From positions 70,668 through 134,667 of the forward strand of contig CANJUR010000006.1 in assembly GCA_947477565.1 (NCBI GenBank): a DNA stretch of 64,000 nt, written 5' to 3'. Positions 30,899 to 40,157 of the stretch are shown in pieces. The notes beneath the pieces were generated by a model, which was given only the letters and a program-made list of their open reading frames with translations, searched no databases and was not told the DNA's origin. The DNA comes from Deltaproteobacteria bacterium (GTDB lineage: Bacteria > Myxococcota_A > Polyangia > Polyangiales > Ga0077539). Each line of letters opens with the position of its first letter. Within the stretch, counting starts at the first letter, position 1. Both the position numbers and the translations under genes were made by a program.

Positions 30899-32509
30899 AT
30901 GGACACCGCAGAACGACAGGACAGGGCGCTTCTCGCAGCCGTCAAGGACAAGGGCTTTACACCGCGACGTAAAGATGTGGACGCGTTGGTGGCGCTCCTC
31001 GGCACGGACGATGACGACGCGGTCGATGACATCGTGCGCGCGGTGCTCGCACACCCGGATGAGGCGCTAGACCGGGGGTTGGAGCGCTTTCCCGCGGCGC
31101 GTCCGCCGATGCGCGGGCGGCTGGTGAAGCTGGTCGGAAAATGGCTGGCGCAGCCGTCGCCCGGGCCGCAAGCGGAGGCCGCCTGGCAGTGGGTGCTCGC
31201 CCGGTTGGAGGACGAAGATCCGAAGACCCGGCGCAACGCGATTCTGGTGATGGGTCGAGCGACGCTCCCGGAGGCTGAGGATGCTCTGCTCGTAGCGTGG
31301 GAGCGTGAAGAGAGGGTCGATCACCGGGTGTCCGTGGCGCAGTCCCTGGGGCGCGTCGGCGGCGCCGCCACGCGGGCGTTGATGCAGCGTGTGTCGAGCG
31401 GTGATCCGCGGCTGCAGAAGGCCATCGACCAGGCTTCGCTGATGGTCGAGCGCACCCTGCACCGTGGGAGCGGGTCGGCGGTCGAGCCTCGGGGTGTTGC
31501 GCGGGCTGCGGCAAACGTAGAGCTCACCTGCAAGCGGGGGCTGGAGCGGCTGCTGGCGGCGGAGTTCGACGGGTCATGGAGGCCGACCATCATGGGCCCC
31601 GGTCGCGTCCGGGTGACGCTTTCGGGCTCGCTGGATACGATCTTCCGATCGAGAATCTTCCAGACGATGGCCTTCGTGATGGTGCCGGTCATGAAGCCTG
31701 CCAACGGCGACATTGCGGAGGCGGTGGTGTCGGCGATCTTGTCTCCTGGTTCGCTGCGAATCCTGGAGAGCTTCACGCTCCGGACGATTCGCTACCGCAT
31801 CGAGTGGGCGGAGGGGGGACATCGGAGGGGGCTGACCTGGCAGGTGGTCTCGCGCATCGCGGCGAGCTGTCCGGCGTTGGTCAACGACCCCAGGGACAGC
31901 ACCTGGGAGGTGATCGTGCGGGAGATGCCCGACCGGGTGCAGGTGCTGCTGCGTCCGCGGAAGTTGACCGATCCGCGCTTCGGCTATCGGCGAGCGGAGG
32001 TCGCGGCGGCCTCGCATCCCACGGTGGCTGCGGCGCTTGCGCGCGTGGCGGGTGTCTCCGCGGAAGACGTGGTGTGGGACCCGTTTGTCGGCTCCGGGCT
32101 CGAACTGGTGGAGCGGGGGCGGCTCGGTCCGTACGCGCGCATGGAGGGGAGGGACCTCGAGGCGTCGGCGCTCGAGGCAGCGCGGCAGAACCTCACTGGG
32201 TTTACCCGATTGAGTTTGGTTCATGGCGACGCGCTCGACCCGGCTCCAGCGGGGGTCTCGCTGATCCTGACCAACCCGCCGATGGGTCACCGGGTTGGCT
32301 TCGGGCAGGATGTCGGTTCGATGCTCGAGCGCTTCGTCGCGCACGCCGCCCGCTCGCTCGTTCCGGGCGGACGGATGGTGTGGCTGTCTCCGTTGGATCC
32401 GCGGGTGCGGCAGGCCGGCGTGCGTGCGGGCTTGCACCTGGCGCAGTGGCAGCGCATCGATCTGGGCGGGCTCGAGGTCGAGTTGCAGCGCCTCGAGCGA
32501 CCCACGTAG
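30899..32509 (+). CDS. HEAT-repeat / THUMP-like / class I SAM-dependent (N6-adenine/N2-guanine type) methyltransferase fusion
   Basis: N-terminal HEAT-like repeats ([14 protein letters not shown]...). C-terminal [12 protein letters not shown] (SAM motif I) and [13 protein letters not shown] (NPPY-type motif IV), as in UPF0020/RlmL-like methylases. Confidence 0.7.
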   Translation: MDTAERQDRALLAAVKDKGFTPRRKDVDALVALLGTDDDDAVDDIVRAVLAHPDEALDRGLERFPAARPPMRGRLVKLVGKWLAQPSPGPQAEAAWQWVLARLEDEDPKTRRNAILVMGRATLPEAEDALLVAWEREERVDHRVSVAQSLGRVGGAATRALMQRVSSGDPRLQKAIDQASLMVERTLHRGSGSAVEPRGVARAAANVELTCKRGLERLLAAEFDGSWRPTIMGPGRVRVTLSGSLDTIFRSRIFQTMAFVMVPVMKPANGDIAEAVVSAILSPGSLRILESFTLRTIRYRIEWAEGGHRRGLTWQVVSRIAASCPALVNDPRDSTWEVIVREMPDRVQVLLRPRKLTDPRFGYRRAEVAAASHPTVAAALARVAGVSAEDVVWDPFVGSGLELVERGRLGPYARMEGRDLEASALEAARQNLTGFTRLSLVHGDALDPAPAGVSLILTNPPMGHRVGFGQDVGSMLERFVAHAARSLVPGGRMVWLSPLDPRVRQAGVRAGLHLAQWQRIDLGGLEVELQRLERPT

Positions 32510-32524
32510 AGGATCGCGCAGCCC

Positions 32525-33076
32525 ATGTCTCAATTCACCGTACGCAGAGTGTCGGTGGGCTTCGGCCCCGGGGCGCGTCCAGCGCTGCAGCGGGACCTCG
32601 ACGCGCTCGCCGCATCGGTCGATCTGACCACTGATGAGGGGCTTCGCGAAGCGCTCCATCGGGTCGGGGCTCGTCTCGGCGAGGCCGCCCGATCGGCCAC
32701 TCACGCACTCGTTGTGGACACGACGAAGTCCGTTTTGGAAGCGCCACCGTTCTTCGCTGCGATGGCCGAAGAGTTGCGTGGGCGCTACCCCCACGAGACA
32801 CGTCGCAACGAGACCCAACACCCCGCTACGGTCGAAGGCGACCTCACCATTCCGGGCCACCTCGTGGTGAGCGTGGTGATCGGCGCCTTCGGATCGCTCG
32901 CCCCTTGCCGCGCCGACGGCCGGGCGGGGCTGCTCGACGCACTTGCGGCGATGCAGGCGATCGACGTGCCCGTCGTGGCGCTAGAGGTAATCTGGTCCCC
33001 CTCGGTCGAGTCTGACCGCATGTCCGCGGAAGCCATGATGTCTCGCTACCCGGAGCTCTCAGCGCTTGATGCGTGA
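32525..33076 (+). CDS. DUF1517-like protein (C-terminal domain only)
   Basis: FTVRRVSVGF...LQRDLDALAASVDLTTDEGLREAL and the ending VVALEVIWSPSVESDRMSAEAMMSRYPELSAL resemble the conserved core and tail of cyanobacterial/plant DUF1517 proteins as I remember them. Confidence 0.5.
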   Translation: MSQFTVRRVSVGFGPGARPALQRDLDALAASVDLTTDEGLREALHRVGARLGEAARSATHALVVDTTKSVLEAPPFFAAMAEELRGRYPHETRRNETQHPATVEGDLTIPGHLVVSVVIGAFGSLAPCRADGRAGLLDALAAMQAIDVPVVALEVIWSPSVESDRMSAEAMMSRYPELSALDA

Positions 33077-34406
33077 TCCTCTTCGCGGCGTTGTGCTCGC
33101 GCTTTCCCTCGTGGCGGGCTGCGCGGCGGCGCTCCCGTCACTTCCGCCGTCACTTCCGGTGAGTGCGCCTGGCGCTCCCGTATCGACTTCGGTGCAGCGC
33201 GATGCAGTCCCTGAACTGGCCGAGCGTGTAGCGCGGGTTCGTGCCGCGTTTCGTGCCCGTGGCGCGCACCCCTTCGAGGAGTCGTCGTTGATGTTCCTGC
33301 GGCAGGGAGGGGCGCAGGGGGCAACGGTGCATGTCGATCGGCCGCAATGCCTCGGTTTTACCGCGGTTGGTATGCCGGAGATGGGCAACGCAGACCTGCG
33401 CGTGCTCAACAGCGAAGGCGTCGAACTGGGCCACGACCTGCGCGACGACGCGCACCCGTTTGTGCGGGTCTGCGTGACCGCGCCGACGACCCTCTTCGTG
33501 ATGACCAGCGCGGTCGTCGGCACCGGGGAGATTGTGCTCCTTGCGATGGCTGACCCTCCCGCGCTGGCGCCGCCGCTCGGTGATGTGCTCCGCGATCGGC
33601 CGCGGGGCGTCTCCAATGGGGTGCGCACTCCGCGAGGTGCTCTGGGCCGTGATCCTTCGGTGAGGCCCCCGGCGCAGGCGATTGAGACGGCGCTCGCGTT
33701 GTTGAGGGCTCGCGGCTACCGGCGCGAGGGCGACATCGTCAATGGCAACATGCCCCGCGGGCGCAGCGAGCAGCACCCGTGGGAGCTACGCGCGGGGCAT
33801 TGCTACACGGCGGTGGCGTTTGGCGGCGAGCGCGTCGAGGACATCGACGTCGTTGTCCGTGCGCCGTCTGGAGAGATCATCGCGCAGGACGTCGGGCTCG
33901 ACGCGCGGCCCGAGGTGACTTTCTGTGCGAGCGACGGCGGACCGCACATGATCGAGTTGCGACTGTTCTCGGGCTCTGGCGAGTGGTCCCTCGCGCTGGC
34001 CGAGGCGCCGACGCCTGATCGGCTCCTGGCCCCCGGGGCGCTGCCCGATCGGCTGCGGGCCGCTGCGGTTGCCATCGACGCCTCGGCGCGTGCCGAAGGA
34101 TGGGAGATCTCCATGCCACCGGTGCTCGGATCAGCGTGGATCGGCTCGGAACACCGTGTGCCGGTGATTCTCCACGGCGGCGAGTGCTATCGGTACGCGG
34201 CGGTGACCGCGGCGTCTCCGGGCGCGGTGGACCTCTGGCTCACTCGGGCGGACGGGGCCCTCATCTCGGCGTACAGCGGCGCACGTTCGCCGGCGGAGAT
34301 ATGGGCCTGTCCAACACGGGCCACGCGAGCGTACTTGCACGCGCGAACGCCTTCTGGACGAGGAGAATTCGCGCTGTGGGGATATGGACAGGAGGCGCAC
34401 CGATGA
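33069..34406 (+). CDS. Lipoprotein with three copies of a two-cysteine module of ~110 aa
   Basis: Lipobox LSLVAGC. Repeated pattern G.C(Y/L)...A.G...D(L/I)D...G...D...D..P...C......G.G. 8-nt overlap with the upstream gene. Confidence 0.65.
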   Translation: MRDPLRGVVLALSLVAGCAAALPSLPPSLPVSAPGAPVSTSVQRDAVPELAERVARVRAAFRARGAHPFEESSLMFLRQGGAQGATVHVDRPQCLGFTAVGMPEMGNADLRVLNSEGVELGHDLRDDAHPFVRVCVTAPTTLFVMTSAVVGTGEIVLLAMADPPALAPPLGDVLRDRPRGVSNGVRTPRGALGRDPSVRPPAQAIETALALLRARGYRREGDIVNGNMPRGRSEQHPWELRAGHCYTAVAFGGERVEDIDVVVRAPSGEIIAQDVGLDARPEVTFCASDGGPHMIELRLFSGSGEWSLALAEAPTPDRLLAPGALPDRLRAAAVAIDASARAEGWEISMPPVLGSAWIGSEHRVPVILHGGECYRYAAVTAASPGAVDLWLTRADGALISAYSGARSPAEIWACPTRATRAYLHARTPSGRGEFALWGYGQEAHR

Positions 34407-36112
34407 CGGCGCGCGCGGCGATTTTTCTGTCTCTGGCTTCGGTGCTCGGGTGCCGATCTCAGGGGAGCGTTTCGACCCTCCCGTTCGCGGTCGCGGCGTC
34501 GGCGTCGGACTCGCGGGACGAAGTGCTTCGGGCTCGCGTGGACGAACTGCGCGCGACCGTGGCGACCGGTGGGGTACGTCTCGATCGGGTGCTTTCCCGC
34601 GGTTTTCTCGCGCCGCACGGGCAGGTTACGAGCGTGGTCGATCTTGCCGCGGGCGAGTGCGTCTCGCTGGTTGCGGTCGGGTCCGCGGCCATTCGCGACC
34701 TGGACGCGCATCTTTACGACCCGAGCGGCGATCTCGTGGTCGAAGACGTCGAGGTCGATGCGCATCCGACGGTGCAACTCTGCGCCACCGCCCCGCGCAG
34801 GATTTATCACACGCTTGAGGCCTTCGATGGCCAGGGAGCGTACGCGGTTCTGCTGTTCAAGAGCGATCGCGCGGGGCTCGACGCGGTGGCGCACTCGATG
34901 GGCGGACACCCCGGTTCGGCCACTGGTGCGGCGGGCGGCGACGCGGCGCTCGAGCGTCGAGTGGGCAGCTTCCGGGATGGCATCGCGAGACGGGGATTTC
35001 AGGGTTACGGCGACCCGCGCCCGGTAGACCTGGGGGACGTCGGTGGCATGGTCTTGCCGCTGCTGGTGAACCCCGATCGTTGCTACACGGTGGCGGCGTT
35101 CGCGGACGACGAGGCCTCGACGTTGTCGCTGCGAGTGCTTGACGGCGATCTCGACGAGGTCGCGAGTGATCTTCTGGGCGGACGCGATGCGGCGTTGCAG
35201 TTCTGCCCGGGCGCCGAGGGCCCGGTGGCCGTTCGGGTGGAGCGTCGATCGGGGCGCGGTGCGGTGGTTCTGCACGCGTTTAGTGCGGATGCGGCCGGCG
35301 TCGGAGGCGAAGGGGCGCTCTGGCTCGGCGTGCGTCGGGGCATGGGCGATCAGCAGACGGTGCGAGAGATGTCCGCTGCGATGAGCGGGCGGTTGAGCGC
35401 TGCGCAGGTCGTCGCCCCGCAGATGGGGGCGGTCGCAACGCCTCTCCCGTTGCAGCCGGGGGAGGTGCGTGCGCAGGCGATGGCGGTGCCCGCGGGCCAT
35501 TGCGCGCTCGCGCTTGCGGGTGGTGCTCCGCGGGTAGCGCGAGTGCACCTCGAGGCCGTAGAGGAGGGTCCTGCTCGGGTCTCCACGGGGCTGCAGCGCG
35601 GAACGATTTCGGCGGTCGCGCGCTGCGCTGCGGCAGTGACGTTGAACGCATCCCTCCGGGTCATGGCCGAGCGTGGCTCGGGTCCGGTGGAGATGCAGAG
35701 CATGGTCTTCGCGACGCCCGTGTGGTCGAGCCCGACCGCGCTCGAGGCGACCTCCGCGGCGCTCGCGATGATCGGTCTCGCGGATGTAGGACTTCGCCTG
35801 GTCGTGCCTCCGCAAGCAGTCGCCTGGTCCACCGGAGGCTTCGCGACTCTCACGGTCGATCGTGCGGCGGGACGGTGCGCGCGCGTCGGACTCGCGGTGG
35901 GCGGCGACGACGCGATCACTCTCACCCTGCGCGATGGCAACGGCGCCGTGTTGGCCGTCGACGAGGGCTTCGGCGCCGCTGCCGTGCGCCGCTGTGGGAC
36001 GTCGGCCGAGAGGCTCAGCGTGGAGGCGCGGCGGACGACACCGGGCGCGGCCGCGGCGGCTTTGTGGCTCCGCTGGGAATTGGACGGCGGTGCGTCTGGC
36101 GCATCGCACTGA
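34403..36112 (+). CDS. Paralogous lipoprotein with four copies of the same two-cysteine module
   Basis: ATG at 34403 overlaps the upstream stop (ATGA). Lipobox LASVLGC. Modules are centred on GECVSLVAVG, DRCYTVAAFA, GHCALALAGG and GRCARVGLAV. Confidence 0.65.
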   Translation: MTARAAIFLSLASVLGCRSQGSVSTLPFAVAASASDSRDEVLRARVDELRATVATGGVRLDRVLSRGFLAPHGQVTSVVDLAAGECVSLVAVGSAAIRDLDAHLYDPSGDLVVEDVEVDAHPTVQLCATAPRRIYHTLEAFDGQGAYAVLLFKSDRAGLDAVAHSMGGHPGSATGAAGGDAALERRVGSFRDGIARRGFQGYGDPRPVDLGDVGGMVLPLLVNPDRCYTVAAFADDEASTLSLRVLDGDLDEVASDLLGGRDAALQFCPGAEGPVAVRVERRSGRGAVVLHAFSADAAGVGGEGALWLGVRRGMGDQQTVREMSAAMSGRLSAAQVVAPQMGAVATPLPLQPGEVRAQAMAVPAGHCALALAGGAPRVARVHLEAVEEGPARVSTGLQRGTISAVARCAAAVTLNASLRVMAERGSGPVEMQSMVFATPVWSSPTALEATSAALAMIGLADVGLRLVVPPQAVAWSTGGFATLTVDRAAGRCARVGLAVGGDDAITLTLRDGNGAVLAVDEGFGAAAVRRCGTSAERLSVEARRTTPGAAAAALWLRWELDGGASGASH

Positions 36113-36161
36113 GGCGACTGTTTTTTTGGTGCTCGCGCACGGGTGCGCGGCGGCGCCGTCC

Positions 36162-36722
36162 ATGGGGCTGCGTCCGATGGTGGTCCCCGCAACGGAGCAC
36201 ACGGAGGCGTTTGTTTCGGCTGCGCTCGACCGGGGCTTGCCGACGATGATTCGCGTGCTCGCCGAACGAGGACGGGAGGGCTATCGCGCGTTGCGGTTGG
36301 GCGAGGCGCAGATGGACGGATGGCTGAACGAAGCAGCCATCACACGCGATCGATCGACCTTCCTCGGGATGGTCCCTGGTATCAACGACCGGAGGTGGTT
36401 CGCCTGGCGACGATGGCGCGGGAGCGTGCTGCTGGGGTGGTGCGCGCGGGGCGTTCGGTTGCAGGAGGCCAACGGGCCCGAAGGTTTCCTGCAGCGAACC
36501 GTTCTGGTCGAGCGGATCCTGGTCGTCGGTGGTCACGCCGAGCATCGCTGGGCGGCGTGGCTCGAAGGGGTAGTGCTGTCACAGGAAGGCTTGCGGTTTG
36601 CGCCGTGGATTCCCCATGCGCAGTCCGTCGAGGCACCGCGGCGATCGCACTCCGACGTCGATCTCTGGGACTGCGACCTCGCGCGTACGCCGCCTACTTC
36701 AGCTCCGCAGCCTGGCGAATGA
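36162..36722 (+). CDS. Hypothetical protein (Trp/Arg-rich, ~186 aa)
   Basis: Best-looking frame in this region by amino-acid composition. The two alternative frames are Arg/Gly-rich junk. No motif recognised. Confidence 0.45.
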   Translation: MGLRPMVVPATEHTEAFVSAALDRGLPTMIRVLAERGREGYRALRLGEAQMDGWLNEAAITRDRSTFLGMVPGINDRRWFAWRRWRGSVLLGWCARGVRLQEANGPEGFLQRTVLVERILVVGGHAEHRWAAWLEGVVLSQEGLRFAPWIPHAQSVEAPRRSHSDVDLWDCDLARTPPTSAPQPGE

Positions 36723-37047
36723 AATCGTCGATGGCGATCGCCGGGTCGCTCGGGGCGTCGCTGTCGGAAGTCGGGGCCATCGTGGCCCGGCGCGAGCGTC
36801 CCATCGGTCCGGCGCTGTTCTCGCGCGTGAGCAACGCCAGGACGTGCAGCCGAACCTCGTGACCCTCGCGGAGCGCACGTCCTCGACGGCCGTCGGACAT
36901 TCCGAGGGCGAGCGCGCGGAGAAGAGCCTTTGCCTGGGTAGCGTCCTCGCAACTGGCCTGCATGATCGAAGCAGCGGCGCGCGGGTCCATCGCACGGGCA
37001 CCCGCCAGATAGCCGAGGAGATATTCCGAATGGAGGCTCAGGGGCAC
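36694..37047 (-). CDS. Hypothetical small protein (start uncertain)
   Basis: High GC3 and protein-like sequence. The track ORF start at 37128 would run into the tRNA, so GTG 37047 is proposed instead. Its 3' end overlaps the convergent ORF by 29 nt. Confidence 0.3.
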   Translation of the reverse strand: MPLSLHSEYLLGYLAGARAMDPRAAASIMQASCEDATQAKALLRALALGMSDGRRGRALREGHEVRLHVLALLTRENSAGPMGRSRRATMAPTSDSDAPSDPAIAIDDFIRQAAELK

Positions 37048-37089
37048 GGCGGGTCTTCTTCCGTTCCGATGAAACGCTCGTTGTTGCGG

Positions 37090-37171
37090 TGCGAGGAGCG
37101 GGACTTGAACCCGCACGTCGTAAGACACCGGATCCTAAGTCCGGCGCGTCTGCCAATTCCGCCATCCTCGC
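37090..37171 (-). tRNA. tRNA-Leu (anticodon UAG), class II with long variable arm; CCA not encoded
   Basis: Reverse complement is GCGAGGATGGCGGAATTGGCAGACGCGCCGGACTTAGGATCCGGTGTCTTACGACGTGCGGGTTCAAGTCCCGCTCCTCGCA. Acceptor GCGAGGA/TCCTCGC, anticodon stem CCGGA/TCCGG with loop CTTAGGA, variable arm GTC-TTAC-GAC, T arm GCGGG-TTCAAGT-CCCGC. Confidence 0.9.
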
Positions 37172-37277
37172 GTACTGAGTGAACGACGCACCCTATCACG
37201 GACCTTCGGTGCCCTGTCGCACAGAGATCCCTCGTGACGTCCCCGCGCTGGCGGGTTTCTGGTAATACCTGCGCCCC

Positions 37278-40148
37278 ATGTCGGCGGAGACGGAAGAAGC
37301 AGGGCTGAATGTTCCACCTGAGGCTGCAGCGGAGCAGGAGGCGACGGTGACGGAAACTACCGTAGTTCCTTCGGAAAATGAGGCGGCACCGGCCCCGCGG
37401 ACGACGCCTCGGCGGCCTCGCCCCATCGACTGGGCGCTCAGCCTCCTGGGGCTCGCGGGCCTGGCGATCCTGATGACCCGGCAGGGACACCTGCGCGTCG
37501 GCGTTCCTCTCGGGATGCTGCTCGCGGGGGTCGCCGTGGTGGGACTTCTCGGCCTCCTCGGCGACTCGCCGTTGCTGCTGCGGGGCGACGAGCGCGCGAC
37601 CATCGACGAGTCCCCACGCGGACCCTGGTGGAAGCGCGAAGGCTTCTGGGTTCTGCTCTTCGCGGGCGCGCTCTACCTCCCGATGGCCGGCGCCTACGGC
37701 CTCTGGGATCCGTGGGAGACGCACTACTCCGAAGTGGCACGGGAGATTCTCTCTCGCGACGACTGGATCACCACCTGGTGGGGCCAGGAGGGTTGGTTCA
37801 TGTCGAAGCCGGTGCTCATCTTCTGGATGAGCGCTCTCGGTATGGGCGTGGGCTCGCTCTTCGGCTTGCGCACTGCGCCAGACGGAGGCCCGCAATTCCA
37901 GGAGTGGTGCATCCGCATCCCGATCTCGCTGCTCGCAATGGTTGCGTTGTGGGCTCTCTACCGGGCCGTGGCGAGCGCCTTCGGGCGTCGCGCCGGAATG
38001 CTCGTCGCGTTCGTGCTGGCGACGATGCCGCACTGGTTCTTCCTCGCTCACCAGGCGATGACCGACATGCCCTTCGTGGGGCCGCTGGTGCTCGCGGTCG
38101 CGATGTTGATGCTGGCGATCACCTCTGGCGACAAGCTCGCCGACCCGTACCGCGTGACGGTTTTTGGGTTCAGTTTCCGCTGGTCGCTCTGGCACACCAC
38201 GATCGGAATCTTCCTCCTGCTCGCGGTGCCGCAGGTGATGTACCTGCTGACCCGCACGATGGTGATGTCCTGCCCGGAGGACGCTCGCATGTCGCAGTGC
38301 GAGGAGATGCTCCGGATGAACCGCATCGGCGGTCGGCAGTTCCCTGTCGAGACGTACTTCTACGGCTCCGCCGGCAACAGCGCCGACTCGCTCGAGCACA
38401 GCGTCCCGGGCTCGCCCAAGTGGGAGCGTCTGCTCAACGTGATCCCGTTTTTTCCCTCAGTCTTGCAGGGAATTGTCTGGGTCATCCTTGGCGGACTCGC
38501 ACTCAGAGTTCTCCGCCGTGAGCGCCGCGCGAAGGACCTTTACTTCGTTCTCTTCTATGTCTGGTGTGCGATCAGTACGATGGGCAAGGGCCCTGCTGGG
38601 CTTGTGATTCCTGCCGCCATCGGGGGTGCTTACCTCGTGACCTCGCGCGACTGGGCTCTGCTTCGTCGCGCCCGGCCGTTCACCGGACTGCTGGTGTTCC
38701 TCGTAGTTGCGATGCCCTGGTACGTCGCCATTCTCGGGCGGCTCGGCAACGAGTTCTTCGACCGCTTCGTCGTCCACGACATCATCAATCGCACCATCGT
38801 CGGCGTGCACGGCGACACCGGCTCGGTGCGCTACTTCGTCTGGCAACTCGGGTACGCGATGTTCCCGTGGTCGGGCCTGGTGCCGGTCGCGCTCGTCGGT
38901 TGGCGACAGATCGTGCCGCCGGACGCGACCGCCGCGCAGCGCGCCGTCGCCCGCATCGCGGTGCTCTGGTTCCTGCTCTCTTTCGTGCTCTTCAGCGCGA
39001 TGATCACGAAGTTTCACCACTACATTTTCCCGGCTGTGCCGGGCGCTGCGGTGATGGTCGGTCTCCTCGTAGACCGCCTCCTCGGCACCTCCTCGCTGAC
39101 CCGCTCGAAGCACGCTGGGTTCTCCCTGGCGGCGCTCGGCGTCGGCGTCACGGCGCTCGTCGTCGGGGTCGCGTCCTTCGTGGGATCAGCCCGTGGCATC
39201 GTCCCGCGCGCCTCTGAAGGAACCCCCCTCCCTGGCTCGCCGGTGCTCGGTAGCGTGCTCTGCGCACTCGGCGCGGCCGCGCTCTTCGTGTCGTGGTGGT
39301 TCGCTCGCGTGGATGGCGAAGAGTCGTCACGCGAGGGATTGCTCGCGGCGCTCAAGGCAGAGGACACCCCCGAGCGGGCCGACCGGGCGCGTGCCCTGGG
39401 CACCGACGTCAACGCATACCGTGCGATCAGCCTTGGAGCGATGGCCGTCGCGGGCGCTGCGGTGCTCGCGTTCGTGGCGCGCGATCTTGCCTACGACGGA
39501 AGCACCCGCCCGCCGGGGTATCAGCGGCTCTTGCAGCTTTTCACATACCAGTACGAGCGCATCTGGCCGTCGCGGTCGTTCAACTACCACGCGATTCTTG
39601 TGGGCTTCGGAGTGGTCGCGGTGCTCGCCTGCGCGGGTCTCGTGGTGCATCGGCTTCGGCCGATGGCGGCGCGCTCGCTCGTCGCCGTGGCGTTCGTCTT
39701 CGCGGCCTGGGGCTTGGACTTCTACATGGTCGATGTCTCTCGGCACTGGTCGCAGCGCTCGCTCTTCGAGCGCTACTACGCCACCCGCCACGCGCGATCG
39801 GTGGAGGGTCGCGACGGCGAAGACGCCCGCTACGACCACGATCCCATCGGCGCCTACCAGATGAACTGGAAGGGCGAGAACTTCTACACCGGCGGGCGCT
39901 GCGCGATGCTCGACTGCGGCGACCTGCCGTTCTGCTCGAACCACATCCGGCAGTGGCTGGAGCACCACCAGGGACAGCGGCTCTACTTCGTCACCGAGCG
40001 CTCGCACGGATCGAACATCGTGTCGCAGGTGACCAGCGGCGGCGGAACCGCCCGCGAGGTCACCGACGAGTGGGATCAGAACAAGTTTGTCCTGGTCGAG
40101 GCCACCGCGGGCGCGGGTCGCCCCGGCGCCACGACCCCCGTGCAGTGA
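37278..40148 (+). CDS. ArnT/PMT-like GT-C glycosyltransferase (polyprenyl-phosphate-sugar dependent), 956 aa
   Basis: More than 12 TM helices. First-loop motif GLWDPWETHYSEVAREILSRDDWITTWW parallels E. coli ArnT LWLPDETRYAEISREML..GDWI. C-terminal soluble domain has a CAMLDCGDLPFC cysteine cluster. Confidence 0.85.
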   Translation: MSAETEEAGLNVPPEAAAEQEATVTETTVVPSENEAAPAPRTTPRRPRPIDWALSLLGLAGLAILMTRQGHLRVGVPLGMLLAGVAVVGLLGLLGDSPLLLRGDERATIDESPRGPWWKREGFWVLLFAGALYLPMAGAYGLWDPWETHYSEVAREILSRDDWITTWWGQEGWFMSKPVLIFWMSALGMGVGSLFGLRTAPDGGPQFQEWCIRIPISLLAMVALWALYRAVASAFGRRAGMLVAFVLATMPHWFFLAHQAMTDMPFVGPLVLAVAMLMLAITSGDKLADPYRVTVFGFSFRWSLWHTTIGIFLLLAVPQVMYLLTRTMVMSCPEDARMSQCEEMLRMNRIGGRQFPVETYFYGSAGNSADSLEHSVPGSPKWERLLNVIPFFPSVLQGIVWVILGGLALRVLRRERRAKDLYFVLFYVWCAISTMGKGPAGLVIPAAIGGAYLVTSRDWALLRRARPFTGLLVFLVVAMPWYVAILGRLGNEFFDRFVVHDIINRTIVGVHGDTGSVRYFVWQLGYAMFPWSGLVPVALVGWRQIVPPDATAAQRAVARIAVLWFLLSFVLFSAMITKFHHYIFPAVPGAAVMVGLLVDRLLGTSSLTRSKHAGFSLAALGVGVTALVVGVASFVGSARGIVPRASEGTPLPGSPVLGSVLCALGAAALFVSWWFARVDGEESSREGLLAALKAEDTPERADRARALGTDVNAYRAISLGAMAVAGAAVLAFVARDLAYDGSTRPPGYQRLLQLFTYQYERIWPSRSFNYHAILVGFGVVAVLACAGLVVHRLRPMAARSLVAVAFVFAAWGLDFYMVDVSRHWSQRSLFERYYATRHARSVEGRDGEDARYDHDPIGAYQMNWKGENFYTGGRCAMLDCGDLPFCSNHIRQWLEHHQGQRLYFVTERSHGSNIVSQVTSGGGTAREVTDEWDQNKFVLVEATAGAGRPGATTPVQ

Positions 40149-40157
40149 GTTACGACG

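Noticed and set aside
34187-36202. Minus-strand ORF of 671 aa
   Set aside because: It is antisense to lipoprotein B and is Arg/His-rich low-complexity sequence.
37172-37277. Integrated element or att site next to tRNA-Leu
   Set aside because: No integrase or excisionase gene is present. I could not spot a direct repeat of the tRNA 3' end in the window. The flanking genes have native-looking composition.
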